From contig OZ024751.1 of the NCBI GenBank assembly GCA_964016885.1, positions 11,036,001 to 11,100,000 of the forward strand: 64,000 bases of DNA. The letters are read 5' to 3'. Position numbers and translations under genes: made by a program. Shown here one piece after another: positions 59,053 to 64,000 of the stretch. The notes under the pieces are model-generated. The model saw nothing but the letters and a program-made list of their open reading frames with translations, made no database searches and had not been told where the DNA came from. This DNA comes from Eledone cirrhosa. Lineage: Eukaryota. The first letter of the stretch is position 1. Every line of letters begins with the position of its first letter.

Positions 59053-60915
59053 ATAAGTAACAAAATTTTAGATAAAATCATCCCACAGATTAAACATAAG
59101 ATATACCTTAAACAATGGGGAAATACGGGTGAAGTGATTGAATGGTTCAAAGATATCAAGGATATCAAGGATAACAAATTTATTCAATCTGATATCAATT
59201 CATACTACACCTCTATTTACCCTATCCTATTAAATAAGGCACTTATCATGGCCATGGACAATAGTGACCTGACTAGACCCCAGATTGATGTCATACTTGC
59301 GGCCCGTAAAACAGTAAGCACCTTTGAATTATGGATCCGCAAAGATACGCAAAACAACTTCGACATAACCATGGGATCTAGTGACTCGGCGCAGGTCACT
59401 GATTTAGACGGCCTATATTTACTTAACGAAATCCATAAGGACGTTCCATACCTCAACTGTGGTTTGTACCGCGATGATGCTCTTCTACTTATAGATTATA
59501 AAAAATTCAATATAGAAAGAGCTAGAAAACTATTGCACAAGACATTCAAAACCTATAACCTTAGTATTACCATGGACAAAAACACTAAAAACGTTAACTT
59601 CCTGGATGCCACCCTCTACCTAGACTCAAATATATATGCACCTTTCCACAAACCTAATGAAAAACTCATTTACGTAGATACCAAGTCTAACCACCCTAGA
59701 TCTATATTAAACTCTATCTCTAAGGGAGTATCTAATAGATTCTCTAATCTATCCTATGACGTAAACATATTTAACAAAAACTCGCAATATTATAATCAGG
59801 CATTAGCTAGATCAGGCCATAATATAGAGATCGAGTTCCTACCTACAAAAACACATAGCTACAACATTATTTCACACAACATGTCCATGAGAAAATTTAG
59901 TAATAGGAATAGCAACCACACACACACTAATAGGGAGGATACTAACAAAAGTAACCCACACCACAGAAATTACCATAGTACCATAAAAGGAAACAACTCA
60001 CCAGACATAAAAAACAAAAATAGAAGAAGAAATAATACATTTTTCAACCCTCCTTTCAATCTAAACGTCTCTACCAACCTACCTAGGGCTTTCTTCTCAC
60101 TACTAGATAAAAACTTCCCATCCGGCCACAAGTACCATAGCCTTTTAAACAAAAACACTATTAAAATCTCCTACTCTACTACGCCTAACATAGTATACCA
60201 CATAGCTAGTAGCAATAAAAGAAAAATTAATTCTTACTTCCAACAAACTAAATCACAACAGACGATAAACCTTCAAAATAACATTATAGCAACTAACCCT
60301 AATATCAATAGAAATAATAGTAATAGTACTAGTGTAAACAATAATGCTGGGAACTACAACCCACATAACCATAACCCTATAGCTACCATCCATACTTCTA
60401 CACAACATAATAACCAGCAGACTAACACCCAGAATAATTGTAATTGTAGATCAAATAGAATCTGCCCTTTAGATAAAAAATGCTTAATCAAGGATATCAT
60501 ATACTCATACATAGTCACAACTAACAACTCTTCTGAAACCTATATAGGCTCTACTTCTAACTGCTTCAAAACTAGATACAATTCACACCTCCACTCTTTC
60601 AAAAAACACAGTCTAGCCAACTCCACTTCACTATCTAGCTACATACACTATCTAAAAACTAAAAATAAACCATATACACTTAAATGGGAAGTGAGAGGTA
60701 ATGCGACATCGTACAAACCACCTAATAAATTTTGTAACCTCTGTCTACTAGAGACCCATACTATCATCTTCTGAAACCATAACCTCCTTAATAAAAAATC
60801 AGAAGTGTTGGCGTCTTGCCAACACCGCTTCCGACACTCCTTCCTAAACTTTAAACCCAATATATATAACAATGTCAGACATGAACCCGTCACCACCTTT
60901 TTAACTTTAATTTGA
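59053..60915 (+). mobile_element. Naiad-type Penelope-like retroelement ORF (RT + GIY-YIG), 5'-truncated, with in-frame TGA at 60772-60774
   Basis: [69 protein letters not shown] linker, [25 protein letters not shown]; after the TGA the frame continues LLNKKSEVLASCQHR. The listed ORF start at 58564 is microsatellite. Confidence 0.92.
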
Positions 60916-61214
60916 AAAGAAATTAGAAGGCCTATATATATACGTTTGTGTATGTATATATATATAAATGTGTATATGTGTGTATATATATATATATGTG
61001 TGTGTATATATATATATATATGGGTGTATATGATCTATATGCACTGATCATAGACACACACACACATATACACACATAGATGTATATACGCACATTCATA
61101 TATATACACAACAACACCACCGGCTCTCTTTCATTCTCCTTCTCTGTCTCCTCTCCCTCTCTCTAAGTAACCCTTTCAATCTACTCTGTCACAACCACTA
61201 TCTCTTCCTCTCTA

Positions 61215-61281
<67 letters not shown>

Positions 61282-61490
61282 ATGAAGGTACCCGGAGAAA
61301 CCCATATCTCGGGAACGCGTTCTCTGATTTAAGTGAAACTTGTTTTATTCAATTTGTATTCCCATTTCAGTGTTAACTTCCTTTCAAAGTATTTTCCCAT
61401 TATGCGCCTTTGGGCTATATTACATTACAGACAAGCAAGCAATCAATCACAGAGTTTTAGTAGATATATATAAAGTTTAATAGAGAAATA

Positions 61491-61680
61491 GCGGTGGACT
61501 GGCTGTATCGGTAGAGCGTCAGACACCATGCTAAACATGCTGTTATGGCCCTTTATGTTCTGAGTTCAAATCTCGCCGAGGTTAACTTTGCCTTTCATCC
61601 TTATGGGGTCGATAAAATAAAGTTCCAGTAATGCACTGGGTCGTTGCTGGCCTTGTGCCAAAAGTAGAAACAGTTATTAT
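61491..61680 (+). mobile_element. tRNA-derived SINE
   Basis: Family homology. Confidence 0.9.
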
Positions 61681-61774
61681 TTATAGCAATCGACTGTTTA
61701 CAGTTATTTTCTTCATTTCGTATTTCTCTATATCCTTAGAAGGCACACACACACACACACACACACACACCACA

Positions 61775-61810
<36 letters not shown>

Positions 61811-61849
61811 TATATATAGTTTTTCAGTCACCCATTCTTGATATGTATG

Positions 61850-61980
61850 AGCGTCAGTAGTTTCGGTCAACCAAACGCCGTTCACAAAAGGCCAACCCGG
61901 CGCTATAATAGAACACACTTCTTCAATGAGACACCCAGCGGGACTGAACCTAAAAACATATAGTTGTGAAGTGAAATATT
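61850..61980 (-). mobile_element. Diverged SINE of another octopus family
   Basis: gctataatagaacacactt..caatgagacacccagcgggactgaacc resembles a common octopus SINE as recalled. Confidence 0.55.
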
Positions 61981-62080
61981 GTGTCGTCAATATGAAATTT
62001 GTAGAAATTTGTAAAAAAACAAAAAAAGAATTCTACAACTTTCATACTTGACGACCCAATATATGTAGAATGAGATAGAT

Positions 62081-62368
62081 AAATTTCTTTATTAGCCACA
62101 AGGGCACAAAAGAAGGGGACAAATAAAAATGAGGAATTTACATACAGGTATATGAAAATAAAACTATTAATAAAATAACAAATAACAATTGAAATCCCCA
62201 ATGGGGGGGGGGGGAGTTACACAGGGGTTGTACACACTCCGAAAAAATGTACAACCTTCATCCCCAGGAGCACCAAGAGTGAGTACTCCCCTCCTCTCTT
62301 TCTTTTTTTCCTCAACCTACAGGCTTATATAGAGAAGAGGCCCAACCACTCGGGCCATCTTTGCCATA
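62081..62368 (-). mobile_element. Tx1/L1-like LINE 3' end
   Basis: - strand MAKMARVVGPLLYISL*, then a UTR ending gtgcccttgtggctAATAAAgaaatt and a (tc/ta) tail. Confidence 0.55.
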
Positions 62369-62626
62369 TTGAGATAGATAGATAGATAGATATTGGTATA
62401 TTTACACATGCACACGCACACAGACATACACATATAACAATATACTGAGAAGCGTGCCAACTTACATAATATATACGTACATACATACATGCACTCGTAC
62501 ATAAATACATACATATACTCGTACCTACATGTATACATGCACTTATACATACATTGATACACACATACATAGATAGAGACATACACATGTACATACATAC
62601 ATATTCATATATATATATATATATAA

Positions 62627-62858
62627 AACGAAGGAAATGTGGTAAGGAACCAGATGGACCATAACGCACCAGAGTACTCAATACTTAGGGTAGTAGTGTG
62701 GGTAATAGGAAGAAGTATGACCCCGACGGCAGAGCTCAAGCCGTTTCGACGGCTATTTCTGGACTAAATTAGAATTTTTAGCCTGGTTAAAAATTCTAAT
62801 TTAGTCCAGAAATAGCCGTCGAAACGGCTTGAGCTCTGCTGTCGGGGACATACTTTTT

Positions 62859-62863
<5 letters not shown>
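62627..62863. mobile_element. Family B fold-back element with the longest centre
   Basis: About 75-bp arms centred on gcctggt. Confidence 0.88.
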
Positions 62864-62893
<30 letters not shown>

Positions 62894-62911
62894 GGATACA
62901 TACATATATAT

Positions 62912-63517
62912 ATGGTGGCTGCCAACTCGTTTTCGAGTATGGCCACTACTTTATATCCACGTAGGAGAACCCCCACCGATGCGCTGAACGAGTGTGACTT
63001 CTTAGTCCAGCCAGCGACTTGAAAACGGTACAAACACTACACTTGTGACAATTATTGACACATAGTGCTGGGCCCATGGTACCATGTGACGACAAGTGCA
63101 GAGAGATCTCCAGATATAAAGCAATGCCTGTGCCGTGAAGCTTTTATAGTGAGCAAAGGCACTGCACAAAGCCAGTCCCACTCTCTTAACCAAGATGATA
63201 TTTACCAAAAAGAAGAACAAGTCAACATCATTGGATACCATCAGGGTTGCAGGTGTTATATCAGAGTTTTCCTTCTCCTAGAATTCTGCCTTGACAAAGG
63301 CTAAGGGGTCATCTCTCCCGGTGATTTTGGATGGCCATTGACTCTTAAGAGCTCCTTTGCCCTTTGACAGGTTTTGTTTTTATTCCTGTAGGATGTCCAA
63401 AGTCACCCTCCTCACCAAGAAACCTTGGTGGAGTTGCCAGTTTAGTCGCCAACGACCCGACCATGAGCCATGTTGTACTGGGATACATGTTACCAGTAGC
63501 ACCAACTGGTGACCTGG
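62912..63517 (-). mobile_element. ~600-bp bipartite RTE-derived non-autonomous retroelement
   Basis: Joins the 34219-34505-type 5' part to the 37678-38008-type 3' part; (TATG)n at both ends. Confidence 0.72.
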
Positions 63518-63799
63518 ATACATACATACGTACATAGATACACACATACATAGCCACGACACACATACTGGCATGTACGTACAACACGCACACACTCACA
63601 TACTCACAGTAGTAGTATTACATAGTTTTACTGGAAAGTTCTTACATAGTTGACCTCTACTATGATATATAGAATATGTGGCAAGGCTGCTGTTGAAATA
63701 CAGACAGGAAAACAGAAAGAAAGATAGAAATAGAAACAGACAGGAAGAAAGAACGAAATATAGATATAGATGGATAGGTAGATAGATAGATAAATAGCT

Positions 63800-63855
63800 A
63801 TTTATTTATCCTAATCAAGCCCTCTTTGGAATTTAGTCTTCAAATTTATTATTAT

Positions 63856-63860
<5 letters not shown>
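63800..63860 (+). mobile_element. Family C tail fragment
   Basis: aagccctctttggaatttagtcttcaaatttattattattacta(ta)n. Confidence 0.55.
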
Positions 63861-63932
<72 letters not shown>

Positions 63933-64000
63933 TAGAGAGATGTATATATATATACATAGAGAGAGAGAGAGATAGAGAGAGATGTATATATATACATAGA

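Overview
This is eukaryotic, very AT-rich DNA dominated by microsatellites. It is most likely intronic or intergenic sequence from an octopod cephalopod, inferred from memory of octopus tRNA-SINE and LINE families rather than from a search. Nearly all listed ORFs are translations of simple repeats, and no host gene can be called with confidence. Recognisable content: about 20 copies of a tRNA-derived SINE; a truncated Naiad-type Penelope-like element (PLE) with RT and GIY-YIG domains (59053-60915); a Neptune-type PLE RT relic between inverted repeats; RTE and Tx1/L1 LINE ends; and Helitron relics. The most striking feature is at least five sequence-unrelated families of short elements carrying minimal type I hammerhead ribozyme (HHR) motifs. 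They sit in (TA)n tracts as asymmetric fold-backs, with one long arm bearing a 3' tail and one short arm stopping at a family-specific position. They include a non-canonical CAGAAGA-core variant, and one family in which every copy seen has lost the CUGANGA half of the ribozyme at the inversion centre. Coordinates were read by eye and may be off by a few bases.
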